DNA of 53,329 bases from Undibacterium sp. (GTDB lineage Bacteria; Pseudomonadota; Gammaproteobacteria; Burkholderiales; Burkholderiaceae_D). Positions within the stretch are counted from its first letter, which is position 1, and each line of letters starts with the position of its first letter. The notes under the pieces were generated by a model that was not told where the DNA came from, made no database searches, and was given only the letters and a program-made list of their open reading frames with translations. A program made the translations under genes and the position numbers. Location of the stretch: assembly GCF_043770645.1 (NCBI RefSeq), contig NZ_JAYVHZ010000202.1. One strand, given 5' to 3'. Of the stretch, positions 28,182 to 38,009 are shown piece by piece.

Positions 28182-28236
28182 GCTAATTCACCAATGAGCC
28201 TCATGGCTTCACCATGCGCCATAAAAATTGACAAGC
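28182..28236. repeat. 55-bp direct repeat, copy B (true 3' end of the amidohydrolase)
   Basis: Matches 20392-20446. Confidence 0.85.
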
Positions 28237-29718
28237 CATCGCAAAACTACTCGTCTGTTTTTTGACGTAGCCGAGCAATTGGTCAAGGTCGGTCCTGCTG
28301 TGTACGCGGCCTTGGTGGATGACCGTGTCTATGCTTTGGCTGTGTGCGATGTCGATTAAGGGATTCTTGTTGATGATTACCAAATCTGCCTGATAACCGA
28401 CGGCGATCTTGCCGTAGTCGTTTTGCTTACCCATAAAGGTCGCTGGCTCGGTAGTCGCAGCAGCTAGTGCTTGCGCTGGTGTAAAACCGGCTTTGACCAA
28501 TTGCTGCAATTCTTCGTGTAAGGAAAAGCCGTGCGTGACGTAGGCATCCATGGCATCACTACCCGCCAAGACTTTGACGCCATGCTGACGCGCTTGCTGA
28601 CTGAGTTTTAATGAGGCTAGGTAATAGGCCTCTACGACTGCGCGGTGTTCTTGCTTCACGCCCGAGACCGCAAATTTTGCGTACAACCACCACAGCCAGC
28701 GTTGTGGTGCGATGACATATTGGTTATGTGGCTGAGTTTGGGGTGTTCCTTCTACTAGCATCCAGTCTTGACCGTTAGAAGCGACGTGCGTGGGGACAAA
28801 AGCGGTGCCTGCTTGCGCCATGCTGTCCAGCACCTGGGAGCAATCTTGCGCAGCAATTTGTTGTAGCAAAGCTTGTTTTGAGCGATTGCGGCCATCAAAT
28901 TGGGCGTGCTCTTTGGCGCACTGTGGCAATAAGGAATTGTCGTGCTCTATGCTGACGAGTTGCTTAGCGCGAGGGTCTAATAAGCTCGCGGTATAAGGAA
29001 AATGTCCGGCGACTGGCATGTTGGCGAGGCGTGCCGCATCTAGGATGACATAAAAACTTGCTGGGTTTGCGGTCGGTGCCAATTGCAGTTTAATCAGTTC
29101 ATCGCCACGATTTTTTAATTGACTTACCAACGCGCTTGCTCGCTGTTGTGTTTGTTGCGCATCCTGATTGTCTTCCAGATCTTCACCCAAATCCTCTACA
29201 TGAAATTGTGCAGCCTGATGAATATGGGGGCCAGACATCGTTCCTGTCTGAATTTGCGTGCGCCAGTTTTTGCTTAGCGAAACGCAATCCAAGCTGCCAG
29301 TCCAAGAGCAGCCATCACCCATGTCGCGTACGTGAGTGATGCCATTGGCGATCAAGAGCGGAAAATGTAATTGTGGTGACAGACTAATCGTATGCACATG
29401 CATATCCCATAAACCAGGGATTAGAAATTTTCCGGTACCGGAAATCGTCTGTGTATGATTCAGCGCCGGGGCTTGATCGTTGGCACCGACAAACGTGATG
29501 CGACCATTGCTAATCGCCACTGTTTGTGAAGGAAGTGCTTGCCCAGTCTCAGGCGAAATCACAGTAATATCGGTGATGAGAATGTCTTTTGGTGCTGCGA
29601 TTGTTGGCGCTTTAGTCATCGGTATTTGAACGCCGATGGTGACGATGATGGCGAGCGCTAAACCCAGATAGAGGAACAGTTTGAGTATGCGGAGTGTGAA
29701 GCGCCAGATTGATTTCAT
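28201..29718 (-). CDS. Amidohydrolase family protein (N-terminal membrane anchor)
   Basis: GKFLIPGLWDMHVH, NGITHVRDMG, AGSDA, LHEELQQLV, GKIAVGYQADLV..NPL. Confidence 0.92.
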   Translation of the reverse strand: MKSIWRFTLRILKLFLYLGLALAIIVTIGVQIPMTKAPTIAAPKDILITDITVISPETGQALPSQTVAISNGRITFVGANDQAPALNHTQTISGTGKFLIPGLWDMHVHTISLSPQLHFPLLIANGITHVRDMGDGCSWTGSLDCVSLSKNWRTQIQTGTMSGPHIHQAAQFHVEDLGEDLEDNQDAQQTQQRASALVSQLKNRGDELIKLQLAPTANPASFYVILDAARLANMPVAGHFPYTASLLDPRAKQLVSIEHDNSLLPQCAKEHAQFDGRNRSKQALLQQIAAQDCSQVLDSMAQAGTAFVPTHVASNGQDWMLVEGTPQTQPHNQYVIAPQRWLWWLYAKFAVSGVKQEHRAVVEAYYLASLKLSQQARQHGVKVLAGSDAMDAYVTHGFSLHEELQQLVKAGFTPAQALAAATTEPATFMGKQNDYGKIAVGYQADLVIINKNPLIDIAHSQSIDTVIHQGRVHSRTDLDQLLGYVKKQTSSFAMACQFLWRMVKP

Positions 29719-30014
29719 TTTGTGACTACCACCTTATGCTTTTTAAAGTACCAGAACATGACAGGAATCTCGATTGCGGTATAGGTCGCGAGTGTAAACC
29801 AAAACCAATTCACCTCTGTGACTAGCAAATTAAACTGGTAATCACTACCCCAATAGTGATAGCCGACAATCGCCAATGCGATACTAGATGTGCCGAGGTC
29901 ATATAAGGCGATCTTGTTGAAATCATTTCCCGCTAGTGTTGGATAAACCGAGAGGTAGGCTAGTAAAGTGATGCCGACATTGAGCAGGATGACTGTGAGT
30001 TCAGGGGGAAACAT
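29715..30014 (-). CDS. Small membrane hypothetical protein
   Basis: Three TM segments, VNWFWFTL; 4-nt overlap with the amidohydrolase start. Confidence 0.8.
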   Translation of the reverse strand: MFPPELTVILLNVGITLLAYLSVYPTLAGNDFNKIALYDLGTSSIALAIVGYHYWGSDYQFNLLVTEVNWFWFTLATYTAIEIPVMFWYFKKHKVVVTK

Positions 30015-30157
30015 AGGTGTCGTTACAAAAAATTTTTGGAGGCTTGAAGTTTAAAGCAAATGACTGAGCTTTCCTATGTTAGATTGGTTGCACGCCATAC
30101 TAAGAGAATGAACAGCCTCGTGCTCTCTTTACATTAATTGATCTCTATCCTCAAGAA

Positions 30158-31465
30158 ATGCTAAGCCACATTCCTCACTTTATTGTAATCATCTTGCTCC
30201 AAGCGATTTCGTTTAATGCGATCGCTCAAGAACGTCTGCCCTGTGAGTGGGGACATATTGATGTCAGTAATCCTGCATGTGAGCGCCCACTAGTTATCCT
30301 AAAACAGTACCGGAATGCCTCCACCTACGCGGAACATCAATCGCTTCTGAACGACGTAATTCAATCGCGTAATGAAGATTTTCAGCGCCGGATTGCGGCC
30401 AAGAAAGAGATTGATCTGTATGATCCATTTATCGATGACGCATTGATGATCTGGCTAGATTGGTATCAAGTAGCGTTCACCGCGCGCGCCGAAAACCGCC
30501 AATTGCTCGATAGTGAAACCTGGCGCAAGTACATACAATTAGCGCATCGAGATCCTTATGTTGCCATTGCTCAGCTTAATAAGCTGAGAGTATTCGCAGA
30601 CGACAATGAGCATGCTTTGAGCCTGCTATTGATTGGCGTGCTCACCAATCAATTGAATACGCTGGCAGAGGCCGCCAATCACGCGTCATTTCCGGTTAAA
30701 TCCAACGACGACGATTACCAAAAACGAGCACAACGGTTTGACACCTATGTGGAACAACACAAACAGGATTTCTATGTTGGGGAAACTTGTTACGGCGGGA
30801 ATTACACGGGGCGACATTTTGCCGCCGTTAAAAAACGCTATCCACAATCAAACTACGCACAAGCGGCCGCGTATTTAGCGATGCGGATTACGCCTTGCGG
30901 TGAATGTGAAGGGGATTTTGCCTGTTACCTCAGCAAAGGCTTGGATCCGACGAGCGAGTTTTTACAGGCATATCCGCAATCAACTTACGTTACGATGCTG
31001 TTAAAGCGTGCCCATAATCGCATCCGTGGCGAATTTATCGCCAGAGAAGCACAAGGCGACTACTTAAGTAAAAGCGATCCTAAGACGGGTGACTACTCAC
31101 CACAAGGCGTGGCCAATGTTTTGATCGCATACGAAGGCTCTTTGAAGCAAATTGCGCCACCCGAGTTGATCGCTACCAAATTGTTATTAGCTGATTTGTA
31201 CATCAAGCTAAACCAACGCGGCAATGCCAAACGTGTCATCGACTGGCTGTCAGAACATGCACCAGGCTCTGCCGAACTGAACGGTCTGCGTCAAGCATTA
31301 GCGAGCGACCAGAATCCTAAGCGACTAGAAAACACGAAGCAAGTCGCTGAGAAAAAAAAGAAACTATTGCAAGCCTACAGACTCCAAGCATGCGAACTCG
31401 ACAAAGCTTGGCTGGGTCAAGAAGGTATTGCTTGTCGATACGCGAGATTGAAGGCGCTTGAATAG
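30158..31465 (+). CDS. Secreted helical hypothetical protein
   Basis: Signal peptide (AIA-Q), PCGECEGDFAC motif and YPQS repeats like those of TPR/BamD-type helical pairs. Confidence 0.75.
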   Translation: MLSHIPHFIVIILLQAISFNAIAQERLPCEWGHIDVSNPACERPLVILKQYRNASTYAEHQSLLNDVIQSRNEDFQRRIAAKKEIDLYDPFIDDALMIWLDWYQVAFTARAENRQLLDSETWRKYIQLAHRDPYVAIAQLNKLRVFADDNEHALSLLLIGVLTNQLNTLAEAANHASFPVKSNDDDYQKRAQRFDTYVEQHKQDFYVGETCYGGNYTGRHFAAVKKRYPQSNYAQAAAYLAMRITPCGECEGDFACYLSKGLDPTSEFLQAYPQSTYVTMLLKRAHNRIRGEFIAREAQGDYLSKSDPKTGDYSPQGVANVLIAYEGSLKQIAPPELIATKLLLADLYIKLNQRGNAKRVIDWLSEHAPGSAELNGLRQALASDQNPKRLENTKQVAEKKKKLLQAYRLQACELDKAWLGQEGIACRYARLKALE

Positions 31466-31529
31466 GTTTCCTTATCTTGATATGTGGTTGACTAAATTTT
31501 TTGTAATGCATTTTTTTGGAGGTATATCG

Positions 31530-32489
31530 ATGACTAGTTTTTGGCAGCATGCCAGGTTCAGTGGCATCCGTTTGTGGAAGGTCTTGTCCCTCACTATTTG
31601 CTTGGTTTCAGCGTCTCAAATCGCTATAGCACAGTCTGTTGCACTGACGTTTGACGATGGGCCAAATCTGGCGGAAACGCCGCGCTTGAGTGCTACCCAG
31701 CGCAATCAAGCGATGTTAGCGGCATTGGCAAAACATGGACTTAAAAGCGCCCTGTTTGTGACCGCGGGTTATGGTGCAGATACGCCAACCGGATATGCTT
31801 TGGCGAAAGCATGGGGCGACGCTGGTCATGCCATTGGCAATCACACCGTGCATCATCCCGACTTAAATAACGCGAGTGTGAGTTTGGCGCACTACCAACA
31901 AGAAATATTGGCGTGCGATAAGATCATCAGCACCATGCCCGGCTATCAAAAATGGTTTCGCTACACCTATCTGCGTGAAGGAAATACGCCAGAAAAACGC
32001 GATGACATGCGCAATTTTCTGCGAGAGCAGCAATATCGTAATGCTTACGTGAGTTTGGATACCAGCGATTGGCGCTTCAACGAAAAGCTGATTGAAGTCT
32101 TAAAACGTGACAGTCAAGCCGATGTCAGTGAAATCAAAATCGCTTACCTTGCGCACATCAAACAGCGCGCTTTAGCCTACCGCGAGTTATCGTACAAACT
32201 TCAGGGACGGGATATTCCACAAGTGCTATTGCTTCATCATAATCTGGTCAATGCCCTGTGGTTAGACGATGTGATCACGCAATTTAAAGAGATGGGATGG
32301 ACTTTTGTCACGCCAGCACTAGCTTTTGCCGATCCGGTTTACCAACTCTTTCCTGATCGCCCGGTAGCAGGACAAAGCCTACTACTGTCGCTCGCTAAGA
32401 CCTTAGGTCTGGGAAAGTTTGATGGATGGCTGCGTTTGCATGATGACGGTGATTTTGAAATGCAGGCCCTAAAAGAGAAGGGCTTGTGA
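31530..32489 (+). CDS. Polysaccharide deacetylase (CE4/NodB family)
   Basis: ALTFDDGP, IGNHTVHH, FRYTYL, VLLLHH; GGAGG RBS before ATG 31530. Confidence 0.92.
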   Translation: MTSFWQHARFSGIRLWKVLSLTICLVSASQIAIAQSVALTFDDGPNLAETPRLSATQRNQAMLAALAKHGLKSALFVTAGYGADTPTGYALAKAWGDAGHAIGNHTVHHPDLNNASVSLAHYQQEILACDKIISTMPGYQKWFRYTYLREGNTPEKRDDMRNFLREQQYRNAYVSLDTSDWRFNEKLIEVLKRDSQADVSEIKIAYLAHIKQRALAYRELSYKLQGRDIPQVLLLHHNLVNALWLDDVITQFKEMGWTFVTPALAFADPVYQLFPDRPVAGQSLLLSLAKTLGLGKFDGWLRLHDDGDFEMQALKEKGL

Positions 32490-32490
32490 T

Positions 32491-32609
32491 AGACCTAAGC
32501 ACAACCTACTGCGCGGCCGAATTTTGAATTTCCGGTGCTCGCTGTGCTCTAGCACAGGTCCGCTCCTCAATTCAAACTTCGACCGCTCGCTACGGTTGTG
32601 CAGAGGTCT
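32491..32609. mobile_element. MITE-like palindromic element (119 bp)
   Basis: AGACCTAAGCACAACC ... GGTTGTGCAGAGGTCT (14/16 inverted match); inner arms TTTGAATT/AATTCAAA and CTGTGCT/AGCACAG. Confidence 0.7.
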
Positions 32610-32616
32610 CTGTGAT

Positions 32617-33021
32617 TCAGTTCGAATAGGTATCATCGAGGGTGGATGGCGCATCATGCGAGATACCAAATACGAGACGTAAAATCCATCCACCGATCAC
32701 TGTTCCAAATAGGACGAAACCGATAAACAGCGGCGCCATTATATAAAACAAACCACCCGCGCCCTGTGAGCGCGGGGCGGTACAAGCTTCGGTGCTAAAG
32801 ATATAGCCAACTGGCAAATATGCCAGGCATGCAGCAATCGCTGAATGCGGATTTTTAGTCATGACCAGCGATGCAGCGAACAGCATCAGTATCCACACGC
32901 TGCCATGTACATTGCCGGCACAAGGCCCAGTACGCCAACGGTAGGCTGTTACCGCCATGAGTACGATGGGTGTTAGTAGGATGCTTGCTGCGGCTAAGCG
33001 TCTGGCGGTTTTGAGGTTCAT
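32617..33021 (-). CDS. Membrane hypothetical protein
   Basis: About four hydrophobic segments; ATG start. Confidence 0.65.
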   Translation of the reverse strand: MNLKTARRLAAASILLTPIVLMAVTAYRWRTGPCAGNVHGSVWILMLFAASLVMTKNPHSAIAACLAYLPVGYIFSTEACTAPRSQGAGGLFYIMAPLFIGFVLFGTVIGGWILRLVFGISHDAPSTLDDTYSN

Positions 33022-33205
33022 GTGGGTACGCTACTTCATTCTAAGACAGTTAGTCAAATCTGCACGATTTAAAATTTGTAGTGAATATAGAGAATCGCCC
33101 GCAATGGTGATCTTTCAGGTTATGGTGCCACAGTACATTTTCAAACCGGTGCGGGTTTGAACGACCATTTCGGGCGAATACGTAGCTTAAACAATTTGAT
33201 ACGCA

Positions 33206-34654
33206 TTACTTGACTGTCTTCATATATGACTTAACATTTTTAATGTAATCATCCAGATTTTCATCCAGCATTTTTCTATACTCAGCCACAAAATACTCAA
33301 GAATTTCTTGCTTTGCTGCTGCCATTTTTTGCCCACTTTGCCAACCACAAGCACTAAGCCATGCGTTGAACCGAGCTGTGGCATACATAGTCGATGCACT
33401 CACTTTACCCGCGCCTATCGTTTCCGTCATTTGATCATTGGACAAATGAATGTGAGTGGCCAAAAATACACTCTTGGCCAAGTTGGCTGCCTCAGCCTGT
33501 TGCCGCGCGGCGGTGAGTTCTGCTGTGCGCGATGCTACCAGTTCTTCCAGGTGATGGCGGTGCCCATCGGGCTGGCGCAGTGGGGCAATCACGGCGGATT
33601 CAATACAACTGGTGCCGTCTTTGCGCGGGTTGTGAAACTCACCGGTCCATACCGCCCCGCCTCTTAATGTTTCCCATAGCACTGTGTAGGTTTCAGGAAG
33701 CGTGTCGCCAGACTGGCTGATGGATGGGTTACGGCCCTTGACTGCTTCCAAGCTGTAGCCGGTCTGAGCCACGTAGGATTTGTTGACTTATTCGATGGGA
33801 CCGTTCAAATCTGTGATGATAATCATCTCCGGGCTTTGCTCGACTGCCAGCGACAGTTTGCGAATCTGGATTTCAGCGGCGCGGCGCACTGAGATGTCGT
33901 GAATCAAGCCCACAAAGACCGGTTGGCCGGCGCGGGTGATGCGCGATATCGACAAACCGATGGGGAACACACTGCCGTCTTTGCGCTGTCCGTCTAACTC
34001 ACGCGGCTTGCCAATGATTCTTTCCTCACCCGTATCGTGGTAATGGGCCAGGTAGCCGTCGTGCTGACCGTGGTGCGGTTCGGGCATCAACATCGACACA
34101 TTGCGGCCAATGGCTTCATCGGCGCGATAACCAAAGATCGTACTGGCAGCCAGGTTAAAAGACTCCATGATCCCTTGCGCGTTGATGGTGATGACGGCAT
34201 CCACCATGTTGTCCAAAATCGCTTGTGTGTGCTGGGCTGACTCTTGCAGAGACGCGGCGCTTTGGCGCTGCTTGAGGTCAGCCTGGTGTTTGTACAGCGC
34301 CATCTGGATTACCGTGTGGATCTCGCGCTCGGAGTAGGGCTTGAGAATGTAACCGTAGGGCTCGGTAATTTTGGCTCGCCTCAGCGTCTCTTCGGTGGCA
34401 AAGGCGGTGACAAAGATGACCGGTACATCAAATTGGTCATGGATGGCTTGGGCGGCGGCAATGCCGTCCATGTCGCCCGCTAGCTGAATATCCATCAACA
34501 CCAAGTCCGGCAACAACTCGCCGACCAGTGCAACAGCCTGCGCACCCCGCGTGGCGTGGCCGACCGGCTCATAACCCAGCATGCGCAACTGCACCGCCAA
34601 CTCCCTAGCGATGATCATTTCGTCTTCAACGACCAGAATGCGCGCAGGTTTCAT
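33206..34654 (-). pseudogene. Disrupted REC-PAS-PAS-(HisKA) sensor fused to a DUF3144-like C-terminus
   Basis: ORFs 33788-34654 and 33206-33772 are in frame across one TAA (PIE*VNKSY, expected IEYVN). The HisKA start AEAANLAKSVFLA is joined at about 33458 to HIHLSNDQ..ATARFNAW..ENLDDY. Confidence 0.8.
33788..34654 (-). CDS. Receiver + FixL-type PAS protein (product up to the premature stop)
   Basis: ILVVEDE..DLVLMDI..KP receiver; PAS segment GRNVSMLMPEPH..HDGYL..Y..TGE.RIIG. Confidence 0.75.
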   Translation of the reverse strand: MKPARILVVEDEMIIARELAVQLRMLGYEPVGHATRGAQAVALVGELLPDLVLMDIQLAGDMDGIAAAQAIHDQFDVPVIFVTAFATEETLRRAKITEPYGYILKPYSEREIHTVIQMALYKHQADLKQRQSAASLQESAQHTQAILDNMVDAVITINAQGIMESFNLAASTIFGYRADEAIGRNVSMLMPEPHHGQHDGYLAHYHDTGEERIIGKPRELDGQRKDGSVFPIGLSISRITRAGQPVFVGLIHDISVRRAAEIQIRKLSLAVEQSPEMIIITDLNGPIE

Positions 34655-37600
34655 TGTTTCACTCCATCGAGAGTAATTTTCAGCGGTGCTGGCACTTCAG
34701 CCTTGAAGTCCACCGTGAACACAGCCTGCGGGCCGGCACCGATGTGCAGCGTACCACCCATTTGCGTGGCCATGTCAACCGTCAGTTGCAGCCCCAAAGA
34801 GGTTTTGCGCCGCTCCTCAAAATCGGCCGGTAGACCGATGCCGGAGTCGCTCACCAGTAAGCGCCATTGACCGGCCGTATCCAGCGGGTGCAGGCTGATA
34901 CAGATTTCGCCAGTGCGAGCTTCTGGGAAAGCATGCTTAAGGCTGTTGGATATCAACTCGCTGACTAGCATGCCAGCGGGTGTGGCTTGATCAAGGCCTA
35001 CTTGCAGTGTTTCCATATCAAGCTGTAGGCGAACCGCACCGGGGTTGACTTGCATCGATTTCAACGATTCGCTCGCAATTTGCCCGACATAGCTCCCCAG
35101 GTCAATCGCGGCAAAGGTGCCCTTGCGGTAGATGGTTTCATGCAGCAGCGCCATGGAGCGCACCCGGCTCTGCATGTCTTGCAGCACCGATTTGGTGGGC
35201 GCATCTGTACTGCGGAAACTCTCCAGACGCAACAGGCTGGTGATGACCTGCAGGTTATTTTTGACACGGTGGTGTACTTCGAGCAGAAGGGCGGTTTTTT
35301 CTTGCAGTGAGATTTGCAGGTCCATTTGGATCTGCTTGCGCTCAGTGACATCGCGCTCCACCGCGATCCAATGGGTGAACCACCCGCTGGCGTCGGCAAC
35401 CGGAACTATGTCCAATTCAATCCAAAACTCCTCACCACTCTTGCTGTAATTGAGCAGCTCAGCACGCACCGGCTCCCAGCGCTCTAGTGCGACACGGATA
35501 CGATCCAACTCCTTGCGATCTGTTTTGGGTCCCTGTAACAGTCGGGGCGACTTGCCAATGACCTCTTCACGGCTGAACCCTGTGCGACGGACAAAAGCGT
35601 CGTTCACAAACACAATGCGCGGGCCAGGTTCGCTAAAGGGCTCTGCCTCAGTGATTAGTACAATGTCATTGAGACGGGAAACAGAGGTCTCCAGAAGTTG
35701 GAGTTGTGCATTACTGGCTTTCAATGCCAATTCCGCATTTTTACGCTCGGTGATGTCCAGATGGGTCCCGACCGCCCGCAAGGGCGTGCCATCGGCAGCG
35801 CGTGACACGACGTTGAAGCGGTCGAGAATCCAGACATAGTGGCCGTCTTGGTGACGCGCACGAACTTCAACTTCGCCGCCCTGGCCGTCAGGGTTCTGGA
35901 TCACCTGCTCGAACAGACGAACCAGCTTGGGTGCGTCGTCGGGATGGACCCGCGAGTTCCAAACCTCGATGTCCAGCGCCAGCGCTTTGGGGGCCAGCCC
36001 CAGCATTTCGCACCAACGCTCGTTGACGATGAGCCCACTGCCGCGCAAGTCCCAATCCCAGAAGCCGATATCGCCCCCGCGGATGACGAGCCGCAGTCGC
36101 ATTTCGCTTTCCTGGCGGACCATGTCCAACTGGTGGCGCTCGGAGACATCACGTGCCAATAAAATAAAGCGGGGCGTCACACCGGCAACGATGGGCATGG
36201 CCGCGACTGACAGTTCAAACCAGGCCTCACCTTGCGGCATTAGCAGGGAGTAGGTCGCCCCAGTGACCCACCCTTTGGTCCCTGCCTCCCTTAGCGCGTT
36301 CATGCAAACGTCGGTCGCTGCTGGCGGCAGAACGTCCGCAAAGCACTTGCCCATGAACACCTCGGGCGGTGCGGCCAGCAAATCACTGCGGTGGGCGTGG
36401 TAGCTCAAAATGCGTCCGCTCGCATCCACTTCAAACAGCAGATCAGGGATGGCGTTCAGTGTGGTTTGTAAATGGTCTTTGGCGACGCGCAAGGCTTCTT
36501 CTGCCCGGTATTTTTCGGTGACATCGCTGAACACCAGTACCACCCCCACGATGGCATCGTTGGCGTCACGGATCGGGGCGGCGCTGTCGGCAATATGGTA
36601 TTCCTGCCCGCCACGAGCTAGCAGCACGGTGTGGTTGGCCAAGCCCACCACCTTTCCGGTCTTCATCACCAGTTGCACTCGGTTGGCCGAAGGCAACCGC
36701 GTTACCGCGCTGATGATGCTAAATACCGTATCTAAAGTTTGACCCAGCGCTTCGGCCAGAGGCCAGCCGGTGAGTCGCTCGGCGACTGGATTCATGCGTG
36801 TGATCAGACCCGCCGCGTCGGTCGCGATGACGGCGTCACCGATGGAATTCAGGGTGATGGAGAGATTGTGTTCGCTCTGTTTTAGTGCGATCTGAGCCAG
36901 TTTACGATCCCTAATTTCCTGGCGTAACTTGTAATGCCAGAGACCCAAACCGAATAGGACCACAGCGAAACCGGTCAACGCCCGCCAAAGCAGGGTGTAA
37001 TCAAAACCGTGCTCGTAGCGGATGGGCAGCCAGCGGCGAAATATCTCGTTGTGCTCCGCTTCGGAAATGGAATCCAATGCCTTTTGCAATATCCCTGCGA
37101 AGGGTGCCCAATCTTTGCGCACCGCCATGCGCTGCGCGTTGAAGTAGGGCGTGGTCCCGGCAATCTTCAGACCCACTACGTCACCGCTGGCCTGGAAGTG
37201 GCCGATGGTCGCTAAATTGTCGATGAATGCGTCCACTTCGCCGCGCTGCAATTGTTGCAAGCCTTCCAGACTTGTTTTGACTTTGAACAGGCGGATTTCG
37301 GGGTAGTCTCGCGGTATCCATTCGTTCACAGCGTAGCCATCGACAGCGGCAACCTTCTTGCCCGCCAGTTCCTGTAAATTGGGAATGTAGCTGACATCCT
37401 GCCGTGTAGCGATAACGATGGGAATGTTCATGTAGGGCTTGGTAAAAGCCCAAAACGCCAAACGCTCCGGGGTCTCGGCCACCGTGGTCGTCATGTCGAT
37501 CTCGCCGCGCTTCAAACGGGCAAACGCCTCTTGCCAGCTAAGGTGCAGTACCGGTTCGAATTTTTGCCCCAGTCGCTGTTCAATGAGGGACAAGTAATCC

Positions 37601-37842
37601 TTGGTCATGCCGCTTGGATTTCCACGTTCATCGGCGAACTCAATCGGCGGCCAATTGGGATCCTGCACCACGCGGATGACCGGATGGGCGCGCAACCAAT
37701 CTCGCTCTTGCTCGGTGAGGGAGGCTAGAAATCCCGAAGAAACTGTGGAAGTGGCGTCCGCTGCGGTCAAACACACCAGACAAAAACCTGCGATTGCTAA
37801 GCCTGCCAGCAAACGCCATACTTTTTGAAAGGAAGTTGTCAA
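34651..37842 (-). CDS. Sensor histidine kinase: periplasmic SBP3 + multiple PAS + HisKA_2 + HATPase
   Basis: LTEQERDWL..HP, DPNWPPIEF, one TM, four PAS/PAC units, EVHHRVKNNLQ, ELISNSLKHAF, DSGIG and SLGL. Confidence 0.93.
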   Translation of the reverse strand: MTTSFQKVWRLLAGLAIAGFCLVCLTAADATSTVSSGFLASLTEQERDWLRAHPVIRVVQDPNWPPIEFADERGNPSGMTKDYLSLIEQRLGQKFEPVLHLSWQEAFARLKRGEIDMTTTVAETPERLAFWAFTKPYMNIPIVIATRQDVSYIPNLQELAGKKVAAVDGYAVNEWIPRDYPEIRLFKVKTSLEGLQQLQRGEVDAFIDNLATIGHFQASGDVVGLKIAGTTPYFNAQRMAVRKDWAPFAGILQKALDSISEAEHNEIFRRWLPIRYEHGFDYTLLWRALTGFAVVLFGLGLWHYKLRQEIRDRKLAQIALKQSEHNLSITLNSIGDAVIATDAAGLITRMNPVAERLTGWPLAEALGQTLDTVFSIISAVTRLPSANRVQLVMKTGKVVGLANHTVLLARGGQEYHIADSAAPIRDANDAIVGVVLVFSDVTEKYRAEEALRVAKDHLQTTLNAIPDLLFEVDASGRILSYHAHRSDLLAAPPEVFMGKCFADVLPPAATDVCMNALREAGTKGWVTGATYSLLMPQGEAWFELSVAAMPIVAGVTPRFILLARDVSERHQLDMVRQESEMRLRLVIRGGDIGFWDWDLRGSGLIVNERWCEMLGLAPKALALDIEVWNSRVHPDDAPKLVRLFEQVIQNPDGQGGEVEVRARHQDGHYVWILDRFNVVSRAADGTPLRAVGTHLDITERKNAELALKASNAQLQLLETSVSRLNDIVLITEAEPFSEPGPRIVFVNDAFVRRTGFSREEVIGKSPRLLQGPKTDRKELDRIRVALERWEPVRAELLNYSKSGEEFWIELDIVPVADASGWFTHWIAVERDVTERKQIQMDLQISLQEKTALLLEVHHRVKNNLQVITSLLRLESFRSTDAPTKSVLQDMQSRVRSMALLHETIYRKGTFAAIDLGSYVGQIASESLKSMQVNPGAVRLQLDMETLQVGLDQATPAGMLVSELISNSLKHAFPEARTGEICISLHPLDTAGQWRLLVSDSGIGLPADFEERRKTSLGLQLTVDMATQMGGTLHIGAGPQAVFTVDFKAEVPAPLKITLDGVKQ

Positions 37843-37865
37843 AGTTGATTCCTTGAATTAAAAAG

Positions 37866-38009
37866 TCAGATGAGTGAAAGGCTGCATCGCTTAATCTCTA
37901 TGACTATTGGCAATGGCAACAAAAATGGTTGAAGCAAGCTGCTAAGAACCTCCAGGTTGTCCGGGTTATCGTCCACTAGCAGTATCGTTGGTTTTGAGCT
38001 TGTCAACAT
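37866..38009 (-). pseudogene. N-terminal stub of a response regulator receiver domain
   Basis: MLTSSKPTILLVDDNPDNLEVLSSLLQP, followed by unrelated sequence and a stop at 47 aa. Confidence 0.65.

Noticed and set aside
28130-28190. c-di-GMP-I riboswitch upstream of the msh genes (GCAAA...GGACGCCAAAGC)
   Set aside because: It is on the opposite strand to the msh operon and lacks the GAAA tetraloop stem and the P1 pairing.
33022-33205. attC site after the DUF3144-like gene on the minus strand
   Set aside because: Only a vague resemblance (GCCCGAAATGGTCGTTCAAACC); no complementary core pair or stem could be established.
33788-33790. Programmed readthrough or Sec/Pyl recoding at the in-frame stop
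   Set aside because: The stop is TAA at a Tyr position and the downstream part carries further deletions, so pseudogenisation is the simpler explanation.
35400-35660. LOV photoreceptor domain in the large kinase
   Set aside because: The PAS reads GKSPRLLQG and lacks the photoactive Cys of GxNCRFLQG.
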